Shown one piece after another: positions 28,355-37,718 of a stretch of 64,000 bases of DNA (its first letter is position 1; each line of letters opens with the position of its first letter). The notes under the pieces were generated by a model, which was not told the origin of the DNA, did no database searches, and was given only the letters and a program-made list of their open reading frames with translations. Position numbers and translations under genes: made by a program. The DNA comes from Clostridia bacterium (GTDB lineage: Bacteria; Bacillota; Clostridia; TANB77; CAG-465): the NCBI GenBank assembly GCA_028692955.1, contig JAQUWH010000001.1, forward strand, positions 65,496 through 129,495. Direction: 5' to 3'.

Positions 28355-29875
28355 ATGTCGTATGTAGCATTATATAGAAAATATAGACCAGCCACTTTTG
28401 ACACTATACTTGGTCAAGAAAATGTGACAAAAATATTAAAAAACCAGGTGAAATCTGGAAAAATATCACATGCCTATTTGTTTAGTGGAAGCCGTGGTAC
28501 TGGTAAAACCAGCGCCTCAAAGGTGTTCGCTAGAGCTATTAATTGTTTAAATCCAAAAGAGGGAGAACCTTGCAATGAATGTGCCATATGTAAAAGCATT
28601 TTAGAGGGAAATACAACAGATGTGATAGAGATGGATGCAGCATCTAATAACAGTGTTGAGAATATACGTCAAATAAGGCAAGAAGTTGTATATGCGACAA
28701 TTGATGTAAAATATAGGGTGTATATTATAGATGAGGCACATATGTTGACGACGAGTGCTTTTAACGCATTATTAAAGACATTGGAAGAACCACCTGAAAA
28801 TGTTGTCTTTATTTTGGCAACGACAGAACAACATAAAATACCTGTTACGATACTTTCAAGATGCTTAAGATTTGAATTTAATAGGATTTCAGAAGAGGTT
28901 ATCTATGAGAGATTAACACATATTTTAGATGCTGAAGGCGTAAAGGCAGAAGAGGAAGCTTTAAAGTATATTGCTAAAATTGCAGATGGTGGAATGAGAG
29001 ATGCTATTAGCGTTTTAGATAGGTGTATGTCTGAATCACAAGAGATGTTAAAATATGAAGATGTGTTAAGAATTATAGGGGCTATCGATGATAGATTCAT
29101 AGCAAGTGTTGCAGATAATATTCTGGATAGAAATGCGATGAAAGTAATTGAAATGATTGATGAAATCATAATACGTGGAAAAGATTTAAGACAATTTAAT
29201 TATCAAATTACAGAGAAATTTTTAGATAAATTAATTGGTGAGAAAGAAAATACAGCAAGGTATATCACTATAATAGATAGATTATCTAAGCTTGATAATG
29301 ATTTAAGATTGACTTCAAAACCTGTGATTGTGTTAAAATCTGCTATGATTGAATTGTGTAATGTAACTGGCAATTCAGATACTAATAGTCAACAAGGAGC
29401 TCAAGATACTACTAATATCGAACCACTAATAACCAAAATAGCTTATCTTGAAAGTGAAGTAGAAAAACTAAAAAATAGGAAATCAATCAGTCAATCTAAT
29501 GTAAATAGTAGTAATATTAACATTGTAAAAGAAGAAAAAAAAGAGCAGGATGTTGACGATGCTACTGTGTTTCAAGATATAGAAAACTTAAAGAAAGAAG
29601 TAATTGGACAAGGAAAGTTAAAATTATATTCTTCGTTGGCGGGTGCCAAAGCATATGAAAATGCAAATTTTTTAATACTCATTACCAACAATTCTTTTGC
29701 TTATTCCATTTTAATCTTACAAGAAAATATAGATGATTTGACAAGAATATATGAAGAAAAATATGGTGTTCATAAAGACGTGATTATTAGGTTGCAAGAG
29801 GAACAGAAACAAAGCGATACTAAAATAGAGAAAGTATTAAAACAAAAAGATGTAAGTTATACTTCATTTGATTGA
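28355..29875 (+). CDS. dnaX: DNA polymerase III subunits gamma/tau
   Basis: MSYVALYRKYRPATF, Walker A GSRGTGKTS, zinc module CNECAIC, and clamp-loader motifs. The upstream in-frame ATG at 28325 would overlap the SRP RNA, so I take the start at 28355. Confidence 0.85.
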   Translation: MSYVALYRKYRPATFDTILGQENVTKILKNQVKSGKISHAYLFSGSRGTGKTSASKVFARAINCLNPKEGEPCNECAICKSILEGNTTDVIEMDAASNNSVENIRQIRQEVVYATIDVKYRVYIIDEAHMLTTSAFNALLKTLEEPPENVVFILATTEQHKIPVTILSRCLRFEFNRISEEVIYERLTHILDAEGVKAEEEALKYIAKIADGGMRDAISVLDRCMSESQEMLKYEDVLRIIGAIDDRFIASVADNILDRNAMKVIEMIDEIIIRGKDLRQFNYQITEKFLDKLIGEKENTARYITIIDRLSKLDNDLRLTSKPVIVLKSAMIELCNVTGNSDTNSQQGAQDTTNIEPLITKIAYLESEVEKLKNRKSISQSNVNSSNINIVKEEKKEQDVDDATVFQDIENLKKEVIGQGKLKLYSSLAGAKAYENANFLILITNNSFAYSILILQENIDDLTRIYEEKYGVHKDVIIRLQEEQKQSDTKIEKVLKQKDVSYTSFD

Positions 29876-29924
29876 TAATTGAAAGAAGATATAATATAAT
29901 GTATAAAAAGAAAGGATGATTTAT

Positions 29925-30257
29925 ATGGCTAAATTTGGAGGATTTCCTGGAGGCGGAATGGGAAATATGCAAAACTTATTAAAACAAGCACAAAAAATGC
30001 AAAAAGAAATGCAAGAAAAGCAAGAGGCAGTTGCTACGAAAGAAATAGAAACTTCAGCCGGTGGAGGAGCTGTTATTGTAAAAGCTACAGGTGATAAAAT
30101 AATAAAAGAGATTATTATTAAAAAAGAAGTAGTGGATCCAGAAGATGTAGAAATGTTACAAGACTTGATTTTAACTGCTGTGAATGAAGCTCTTGGTAAG
30201 GCTGATACGATGATGCAATCTGAAATGGGGCAATTTAATATGCCAGGAATGTTTTAG
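29925..30257 (+). CDS. ybaB: Nucleoid-associated protein YbaB/EbfC
   Basis: Conserved family and synteny dnaX-ybaB-recR. Confidence 0.8.
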   Translation: MAKFGGFPGGGMGNMQNLLKQAQKMQKEMQEKQEAVATKEIETSAGGGAVIVKATGDKIIKEIIIKKEVVDPEDVEMLQDLILTAVNEALGKADTMMQSEMGQFNMPGMF

Positions 30258-30265
30258 GTGGAACT

Positions 30266-30859
30266 ATGTATTCTGAGACTATTACAAAATTAATCAATCA
30301 GTTTGAGCGTTTACCTGGGATTGGACATAAGACAGCTATTAGACTTGCATTTTTTGTTTTGGAATCTCCAAAAAGTTTTTCGGAAGAAATGTCAAAAACA
30401 TTGATTGAGGCAAAAGAAAAAGTCAGGTTTTGTTCTATTTGCTATAATATTACGGAAAGTGATCCGTGTGAAATATGTGCTAGTAACAAAAGAGATGAGT
30501 CTATTATTTGTGTTGTTGAAAATGTAAAAGATGTCGTAGCTATGGAAAAAACACATGAATACAAAGGAAAGTATCATGTATTACATGGATCTATATCACC
30601 TATGAATAATATCACAGCAGGAGATATTAAAGTAAAGGAATTATTAGAAAGATTAAAAGATGATAGCATAAAGGAAGTTATATTAGCAACTAATCCGACA
30701 GTAGAAGGGGAAGCGACGGCTATGTATATTTCTCGCCTTATTAAGCCACTAGGAATCATTGTAACAAGAATTGCACATGGTATTCCAGTTGGTGGAGATC
30801 TTGAATATACAGATGAAATAACACTTATCAAAGCACTAGAGGGTCGAAGACAAATGTAA
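30266..30859 (+). CDS. recR: Recombination protein RecR
   Basis: HhH motif ([10 protein letters not shown]). C4 zinc finger ([16 protein letters not shown]). Toprim domain. Confidence 0.9.
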   Translation: MYSETITKLINQFERLPGIGHKTAIRLAFFVLESPKSFSEEMSKTLIEAKEKVRFCSICYNITESDPCEICASNKRDESIICVVENVKDVVAMEKTHEYKGKYHVLHGSISPMNNITAGDIKVKELLERLKDDSIKEVILATNPTVEGEATAMYISRLIKPLGIIVTRIAHGIPVGGDLEYTDEITLIKALEGRRQM

Positions 30860-30880
30860 CTATTATAAGAGGTATCATAT

Positions 30881-31828
30881 ATGAAAGTCTTGTATGGAGA
30901 AGCAAAAGAGAAATTTTTAAGGTGGGCAACTATTATTATGGTGTCCTTGCTTGGCATACTATTTCTTACTTATTGTTTGGGACAAGGAAAGAACTATAAT
31001 ACACCTGAGCTATATGTAAAACAATCTGACAAAATTGAACCAATCAAGTGTATAGAAGAAAACTATAGCAATATGGCAGAGATGGAAAAAGGGGTTCTTG
31101 GATTACCGGATACCATCAATGAAGTGTGGAAATATTCTAAAGACAAAACACTTGTGTTAGAACCAAGTTATAACATAGATTTAGTTTTCTTTGCTAAGCC
31201 CATCGGTAATGTAAAAGAAAGCCCAGACATTATAATTGAAAAAATATTTGCTATAGAATCTTCACAATATGGTGTACATTTTGATGAACCTGGTCTTGTC
31301 CATTTAAATTGGATTGAGGTACTCAATAGAGCAACAAGAACAAAAAAATTTAATGCATCTATTAATTTAAATGATAACAGAGTGTATATTGTTCTAATCA
31401 AGGTTAATTATAAACATATTGGTTCAAAATATTATTCTTTTAAAATGGTAAATCCAACTCGACAGGTAGATATTGGAGACAAATATTTAGAAAATTACAA
31501 TGATACCTACATAGGTGACGATATTAGAATAAAACAGATAATAAACTTATTGCCATACGCAGAACAGATAACAGATATCAAAATTGATAATGGTAATATT
31601 CATATTAAATATAGTGGCACAAAATATAATCCAAAATATCTGGAATACAATAGTGTTGTGTTGCTTAGCTTGATACCACTTCTTGATAATATTAATTTTG
31701 ATACAGGAGATTCACAAATTACAAAAAATAGAATGTCATACCAGGGCATAGATTTAAAATATGAAAATGTAAAGAATATCATGTTAGATAAATTTGGTAC
31801 AATAGAAGGATCAAATTATGAAAATTAA
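30881..31828 (+). CDS. Membrane-anchored hypothetical protein
   Basis: N-terminal TM then a 280-aa soluble domain. No recognisable motif. Confidence 0.45.
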   Translation: MKVLYGEAKEKFLRWATIIMVSLLGILFLTYCLGQGKNYNTPELYVKQSDKIEPIKCIEENYSNMAEMEKGVLGLPDTINEVWKYSKDKTLVLEPSYNIDLVFFAKPIGNVKESPDIIIEKIFAIESSQYGVHFDEPGLVHLNWIEVLNRATRTKKFNASINLNDNRVYIVLIKVNYKHIGSKYYSFKMVNPTRQVDIGDKYLENYNDTYIGDDIRIKQIINLLPYAEQITDIKIDNGNIHIKYSGTKYNPKYLEYNSVVLLSLIPLLDNINFDTGDSQITKNRMSYQGIDLKYENVKNIMLDKFGTIEGSNYEN

Positions 31829-31993
31829 AAATAGGTGGTAGATGTAACTAACCACCTATTTTGCTATTTCTTCAATATTAATCATTGAACCCAAATAGCA
31901 TTAAATTTAAAAATTTAATATATAAAAACTATGAACATAGTTAATAATAGTATGAACAGAAAAAATAATAATATACAAAAAGGAGAAGAAATA

Positions 31994-32776
31994 ATGAAAA
32001 TTGGCTTTTTTGATTCAGGTGTTGGCGGTTTAACCGTTCTAAAAGAGGCATTACGTGAAATAAAGTGCAATTATATTTATTTTGCTGATAATAAAAATGC
32101 ACCATATGGAACTAAAGAAAAAGAAATCGTAAAGGAATATATATTTGGGTGTATAGACAAGCTTGTCATTTGTGGTTGTTCTATTATAGTTATTGCATGT
32201 AATACTGCTACAAGTATTGCAATCAAAGAATTAAGAGAAAAATATCCGTATGTCATTTTTATTGGAACAGAACCAGCAATAAAAGTGGCAATAGATGATA
32301 TTCATCGCAGGATATTAGTATGTGCTACAAGTCTTACGATTAAAGGAGAAAAATTATTGAATCTAATTAATCGCTTTAATGCAATGGATATCGTTGATTT
32401 AATAGCAGCAGATAAACTAGTCCTTTTTGCTGAAAGTACAACAAGTAATTCAAGTGAAATAAAGGCATATATTAAAGATATTTTAGCAGATATTGATAAG
32501 CGAAAATATAGTCATCTTGTACTTGGCTGTACTCATTTTTCACTATATAAAGAAGAATTTAAAGCAGTAGTAGGAGAGAACTTAAAAATAATAGACGGTA
32601 ATATTGGAATCGTTAAAAATCTCAAGAGGCATCTAATACTAAAAGGTATTGATTTTGAAAATCAAATGGAAAACGTAGAGCTTATATTATCGAAAGAAGA
32701 TTCTTTGTTTGTGAATAAAGCAAAGAAAATATTAGGCAATGAAGAAATAAAATATTACAAATTTGATGAATTATAA
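31994..32776 (+). CDS. murI: Glutamate racemase
   Basis: FDSGVGGLTVL, ACNTAT and GCTHF motifs. RBS aaaggag before the ATG at 31994. Confidence 0.85.
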   Translation: MKIGFFDSGVGGLTVLKEALREIKCNYIYFADNKNAPYGTKEKEIVKEYIFGCIDKLVICGCSIIVIACNTATSIAIKELREKYPYVIFIGTEPAIKVAIDDIHRRILVCATSLTIKGEKLLNLINRFNAMDIVDLIAADKLVLFAESTTSNSSEIKAYIKDILADIDKRKYSHLVLGCTHFSLYKEEFKAVVGENLKIIDGNIGIVKNLKRHLILKGIDFENQMENVELILSKEDSLFVNKAKKILGNEEIKYYKFDEL

Positions 32777-32897
32777 TAATTAGATGACAAAATTACAATA
32801 GAGTTACAAAAAAATTAAATTTATTTGACAAAAATCTAGCCAATTTTTTATATATATGATATAATGATTTTAGTTTAAAAAGATGGGGTGTATGTAT

Positions 32898-33596
32898 ATG
32901 AATGATAAGAAGATTTTAATAGTTGATGATGAAAAACCAATTGTTGATATATTAAAATTTAATTTGGAAAAAGAAGGGTTTTCAACTGCAGTAGCATATG
33001 ATGGAGAAGAAGCAATTAATTTAGCTTTGTCTATTAAACCGGATTTAATATTGTTAGATTTAATGTTACCAAAGGTTGATGGATTTAATGTATGTAAAGA
33101 ACTTAGAAAAAGTTTAGTTTGCCCTATTATCATGTTAACAGCAAAGGAAGAAGTGGTTGATAAAATCATTGGTCTTGAACTTGGTGCAGATGATTATATG
33201 ACAAAACCTTTTAGTATTAGAGAAGTAATAGCAAGAATTAAAGCAAATTTAAGAAAACATACTTTACCAGATTCAAACTCTGGAAAAAAAGGTAATGAAA
33301 AAATATATATTAAGGATATGATTATAGATCCAGAAAAATATATAGCTATTATTGATGATAAAAAAATTGACCTTACCATAAAAGAATTCGAATTACTAAA
33401 GATGTTATCATCAGAACCAACACAAGTATTTACCAGAGAACAAATTCTAAAGGGCGTATGGGGATACGACTTTTATGGAGATGCTAGAACCGTTGACGTT
33501 ACAATTAGAAGATTAAGAGAAAAAATAGAGAAGAACCCAGCTGAACCTCAATATGTACAGACGAAAAGAGGTATGGGATATTATATCTCTGATTAA
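32898..33596 (+). CDS. OmpR-family response regulator (WalR/YycF-like)
   Basis: Receiver domain (LIVDDE...D...LDLMLP), linker, and winged-helix domain. Confidence 0.8.
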   Translation: MNDKKILIVDDEKPIVDILKFNLEKEGFSTAVAYDGEEAINLALSIKPDLILLDLMLPKVDGFNVCKELRKSLVCPIIMLTAKEEVVDKIIGLELGADDYMTKPFSIREVIARIKANLRKHTLPDSNSGKKGNEKIYIKDMIIDPEKYIAIIDDKKIDLTIKEFELLKMLSSEPTQVFTREQILKGVWGYDFYGDARTVDVTIRRLREKIEKNPAEPQYVQTKRGMGYYISD

Positions 33597-33637
33597 CAAT
33601 CATTTTTCTACACTCTACAAGGAGGAAAAATTATCAT

Positions 33638-35017
33638 ATGAAAATATCTATCAAAACTTGTATGATATTGGGATTTGTTAGTATAGTAGTTATAGTTTTT
33701 ATAACTACTTTACTTCTATCTTCTCAAGTGTTAGATACAAAGAACCTATTTGCTATCTCTAATTTACTAGTGCTACTTATATTTATTGTATTTAGTTTAA
33801 TTTTATCTTTAATTATAACAAGATTAATTACCTTTCCTTTAAAAAAGATAGATAAATCAATGAAAAATGTTGCCAATGGAAAAATAGTAGATACGAAACA
33901 CTTGAGAAACTTCACTAAATTTTCTGAATTAGAAGAAACCATCGATTCTTATGATTTAATGATGGAAATGATTAAAAAAAATAACTTTGATTTAAATAGT
34001 CAACAGAGTAAAACTGAAATTATTCTAGAACATATGGCAGATGGTGTAATAGCATTTTCTATTACAAAACAAGTGGTACATATGAATAAATCAGCACAAA
34101 GATTATTACAAATTGATAATGCGTATGATACGTTTGACAAAATTATTAAAAAGTTAAATTGTGATTTAGATTTTGATAAAATTATGTATTTGCCAAATTA
34201 TAAAAGTGTTGAAATAAAAATAGCAGTAGATGAGAATGCTCTTAATATTATATTTATTCCATTTTTTAGTAATAGATTAAGTCCGATGGGCGTTATCATG
34301 ATAGTAAGAAATATCACAGAAACAGTAAAGTTAGACGATATGAGAAAAGAATTTGTTGCAAATGTATCACATGAATTAAAAACACCTTTAACATCTATTA
34401 AAGGATACTCTGAAACAATCATGAATGGTGATTTGACTTACCAAGAAATTGTAAGGTTTTCAAAAGTAATTAACCAAGAAGCAAATAGAATGGGCAGATT
34501 GGTGGCTGATTTATTACAACTTTCACGATTTGATTATAAAAAAGTTAGCTGGAAAAAAATGATGTTTTCATTGGATGAAATGGCACAAAATGTATGTGAA
34601 AAAATGCAATTTTCTGCGAGAGAAAAAAATCATAAATTAGAATGCATCATTAATGTGAAACCTCCTAATATCTATGCAGACCGTGATTCCATTGAACAAG
34701 TATTAGTTAATATCGTTAGTAATAGTATCAAATATACGCCAGAAGGTGGAGCTATTAAGGTATATGTGGGTTCTATAAACAATGATAATGCTTATGTGAA
34801 AATTATAGATAATGGAATCGGTATTCCTCAAAAAGATTTAAATCGAATATTTGAAAGATTCTATAGGGTAGATAAAGCTCGTTCTAGAAAAATGGGTGGA
34901 ACGGGACTTGGTCTTTCTATTGTAAAAGAAATTATAGATGGCAATAATGGAACGATTAATATAAAAAGTGAAATAAATCAGGGAACAGAAGTTAGTATTA
35001 CTTTCCCAACAAAATAA
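33638..35017 (+). CDS. Sensor histidine kinase (two TM, HAMP, PAS-like, HisKA, HATPase_c)
   Basis: H-box VSHELKTPLTSIKGY. N, G1 and G2 boxes (DNGIGIP, GGTGLGLSIV). Confidence 0.8.
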   Translation: MKISIKTCMILGFVSIVVIVFITTLLLSSQVLDTKNLFAISNLLVLLIFIVFSLILSLIITRLITFPLKKIDKSMKNVANGKIVDTKHLRNFTKFSELEETIDSYDLMMEMIKKNNFDLNSQQSKTEIILEHMADGVIAFSITKQVVHMNKSAQRLLQIDNAYDTFDKIIKKLNCDLDFDKIMYLPNYKSVEIKIAVDENALNIIFIPFFSNRLSPMGVIMIVRNITETVKLDDMRKEFVANVSHELKTPLTSIKGYSETIMNGDLTYQEIVRFSKVINQEANRMGRLVADLLQLSRFDYKKVSWKKMMFSLDEMAQNVCEKMQFSAREKNHKLECIINVKPPNIYADRDSIEQVLVNIVSNSIKYTPEGGAIKVYVGSINNDNAYVKIIDNGIGIPQKDLNRIFERFYRVDKARSRKMGGTGLGLSIVKEIIDGNNGTINIKSEINQGTEVSITFPTK

Positions 35018-35032
35018 CAGCAAGGAGGTAAA

Positions 35033-35806
35033 GTGGTGAACTATATTGATACTCATGCTCATTATAATGATGAAGTATTTAAAGATAACCTAGAAGAAAC
35101 ATTAACAAAATGTAAACAAGCAGGAGTTGACTATATTATTAACATTGGATATAACAAGGAAAGCTCTGATAGATCATTGGAACTTGCAAAGGAATATGGA
35201 TATATTTACACAACTATTGGTATACATCCTCATGATGTGGGGAAAGATAAAGCAATAGATATATACGATATATACCAAGCAAATCATAACAATAAAAAGA
35301 TTGTTGGAATTGGAGAAATTGGTCTTGATTACGCTTTTGTTAATGACAATAAATTAGCGCAGAGTGATTTATTTATAGAGCAAATAGAAATGGCAAATGC
35401 ATTAAATTTACCTGTCATTATTCATACAAGAGATGCCTCTTTAGATACGTATCGTATCTTAAAGGAAAATAAACCACAACATGGACTGTTATTCCATTGC
35501 TTTCATCCAACGGATGATTTAGTAAATATGGTGTTAGAAGAAGGATATACTGTTGCTTTTGGAGGCAATATCACCTATAAGAGAAACGCTACATTTGGTA
35601 ATTACATTAAGAAGATACCAATGCAGCAAATTGTGATTGAAACAGACTGCCCTTATCTTGCACCAGAACCTTACAGGGGAACTATCAATACTTCTGCTCA
35701 TCTCCCTATTATTTGCAAAAAACTTGCTGATTACAAGGAGATGGATGTAGAGTACGTTTCGGAAAAAGTATATAAAAATTCAAAAGAATTTTTCAAAATA
35801 AAATAG
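35033..35806 (+). CDS. tatD: TatD-family metal-dependent DNase/hydrolase
   Basis: IDTHAHY, GEIGLDY and HTRDA motifs. Confidence 0.8.
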   Translation: MVNYIDTHAHYNDEVFKDNLEETLTKCKQAGVDYIINIGYNKESSDRSLELAKEYGYIYTTIGIHPHDVGKDKAIDIYDIYQANHNNKKIVGIGEIGLDYAFVNDNKLAQSDLFIEQIEMANALNLPVIIHTRDASLDTYRILKENKPQHGLLFHCFHPTDDLVNMVLEEGYTVAFGGNITYKRNATFGNYIKKIPMQQIVIETDCPYLAPEPYRGTINTSAHLPIICKKLADYKEMDVEYVSEKVYKNSKEFFKIK

Positions 35807-35837
35807 GTGGTAACTGCATGTTACTACCTATTTTATT

Positions 35838-36158
35838 TTACTGAAAGTTATTATTAATTATTTTTACTACGTTATTAAGTAAAGCCAGTTGTTTATCAGT
35901 ATAGTATACTTCACTGGTCTCACAAACATAATTATCTAAAGAGTCTGAAAATAAATAATCAAGACTTACTTTTAAAGTGTTAGAAAGCAGAATTAATTTT
36001 GACAAGCTTGGAAGCTTAACCCCTCTTTCAATATCTCCTAAAAAGTTTTGTGATACACCAATTTTTTCCGCTAGTTCAAATTGAGTCATATCTATTTTAA
36101 TTCTTGATTCTTTCACTCTCTTACCGAATAATTTTCTATTAATAATTTTATTATCCAT
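35838..36158 (-). CDS. XRE-family HTH transcriptional regulator
   Basis: HTH_3 motif (TQFELAEKIGVSQNFLGDIERG). Start taken at MDNKII with a ggaga RBS. Confidence 0.65.
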   Translation of the reverse strand: MDNKIINRKLFGKRVKESRIKIDMTQFELAEKIGVSQNFLGDIERGVKLPSLSKLILLSNTLKVSLDYLFSDSLDNYVCETSEVYYTDKQLALLNNVVKIINNNFQ

Positions 36159-36236
36159 GCAATCATCTCCATACGTAATAATATACACTATAACGTTAAA
36201 AAGGTAAACAATTAACGTGTGTTATTTAATACACAA

Positions 36237-36569
36237 TTAGTATGTGATGGAGGAACCTTTATTATACAAAAAATGTTCAGAATAGGTGTCGAGCATATCA
36301 CCCAGTGCACTCAATTGTTCATCGGTATAATATGTTTTCTTTGGTTCTGAAAGCGTTAATTTTAAAGACTCTTTTAAAAGATAATCTGTACTTGCATTCA
36401 ATTCATTTGCAATTGTAATAAATAGCGATAAACTAGGTGATTTTGTGCCACATTCAATAGCACTGATATAGTTTCTTTCTTTACCAATCTTATCGGCCAA
36501 TTGCTGTTGAGTTAAATTGGCTTTTAATCTATATTTCTTTATTTTTCTCCCAAGAATTTTTTTATTCAT
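36237..36569 (-). CDS. XRE-family HTH transcriptional regulator, paralog of the neighbour
   Basis: HTH_3 motif (TQQQLADKIGKERNYISAIECG). Shared C-terminal YYTD[E/K]QL[SA][AL]L motif. Start at MNKKIL with a ggag RBS. Confidence 0.65.
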   Translation of the reverse strand: MNKKILGRKIKKYRLKANLTQQQLADKIGKERNYISAIECGTKSPSLSLFITIANELNASTDYLLKESLKLTLSEPKKTYYTDEQLSALGDMLDTYSEHFLYNKGSSITY

Positions 36570-36874
36570 AATATTCACTCCTCTATTCAAAATATACACT
36601 ATTTGAGTGATAATGTAAACAATCTAAAAGTTGTAATTATAATACAAATAAATTTATAAAAATAACGATTATATTAGAAAACAACAGGATATAATGATTA
36701 TAAATAATTCATATAACTTTTTTATAGTGATAGTAGTAACAAAGATTTCTTTTCTATAATATAGTAATATATAAATAATAAATTTTTTCAACATGTTATT
36801 ATTATTCTATTGCATCATACAGAATAATAAAGTAATACGGGAATACAAGTTTTATGAAAAAAAGTATGAAATTC

Positions 36875-36903
36875 TTGACATGTAAAACATTTGATGCTAT
36901 AAT
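36875..36903 (+). promoter_or_regulatory. Promoter of tRNA-Pro
   Basis: TTGACA (36875-36880), 17 nt, TATAAT (36898-36903). Confidence 0.55.
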
Positions 36904-36920
36904 ATATTACGTAATGAATA

Positions 36921-36996
36921 ACGGGGTGTAGCTCAGTTAGTAGAGCGCGTGGTTTGGGACCATGAGGTCGCAGGTGCGAGACCTGTCACTCCGACC
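36921..36996 (+). tRNA. tRNA-Pro (anticodon UGG)
   Basis: cggggtgtagctcagttagtagagcgcgtggtttgggaccatgaggtcgcaggtgcgagacctgtcactccgacca. Anticodon loop tttggga. Encoded CCA. Confidence 0.85.
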
Positions 36997-37042
36997 ATTT
37001 TTTACAATTTTTAAAGAATTGCACAGAATTAAAGAAATGTTA

Positions 37043-37084
37043 AATAGTGTTAAATCAAGTATTTTGATTGACACTATTTTTTTG
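37043..37084 (+). terminator. Terminator after tRNA-Pro
   Basis: aatagtgttaaatcaa ... ttgattgacactatt followed by ttttttt. Confidence 0.55.
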
Positions 37085-37310
37085 TGGTGCGACAGGCATG
37101 TTGTTTAACTAAATATTGAAAGTTCGAAATGAAGATAAATATCGCCAACTATATAGAGAAGTCAACAAAGGGTAGTCTTTCCTTTATTGGTTCTCGTCAT
37201 AGTAATTTCCATAAAAATGTTGACTTTATGGCAAAAAAAGTATAATATATATGTATATGTTTTTAGGAACCAATATATAGTTAAAAGATATGAAAATAAA
37301 GGAGAGAATA

Positions 37311-37715
37311 ATGCATATATATAGCGGTACAGATATTATAGAAGTGTCTAGGATAAAAGATGCTATTGAAAATACGAATGGATTCAAAGAAAATATTTAT
37401 AGTAAAAATGAAATAGATAATATTGATGCTATCAGAAGTGATATGAAATATCAAAGATATGCTGGTAGATTTGCCGCTAAAGAGGCAATCTATAAGGCAA
37501 TGTCAAAAGTGTTGATTGAAAACAATTTATCAATGAATTTTTTAGACGTAGAAATATTAAATAGTGAAGAATTAAACAGAAGACCTATCGTATATATTTT
37601 AAATGAATCTATAGAGAGCTTATGTGAAGAGTGTGAAATAGAAATTGATATCAGTATATCACATATATCTGATAATGCGATTGCGAGTGCTATCGTAAAA
37701 GTAGGAAAGGAGTAA
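37311..37715 (+). CDS. acpS: Holo-[acyl-carrier-protein] synthase
   Basis: GTDIIEVSRI and FAAKEAIYKA motifs. Promoter TTGACT-17-TATAAT upstream. Confidence 0.8.
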   Translation: MHIYSGTDIIEVSRIKDAIENTNGFKENIYSKNEIDNIDAIRSDMKYQRYAGRFAAKEAIYKAMSKVLIENNLSMNFLDVEILNSEELNRRPIVYILNESIESLCEECEIEIDISISHISDNAIASAIVKVGKE

Positions 37716-37718
37716 GAA

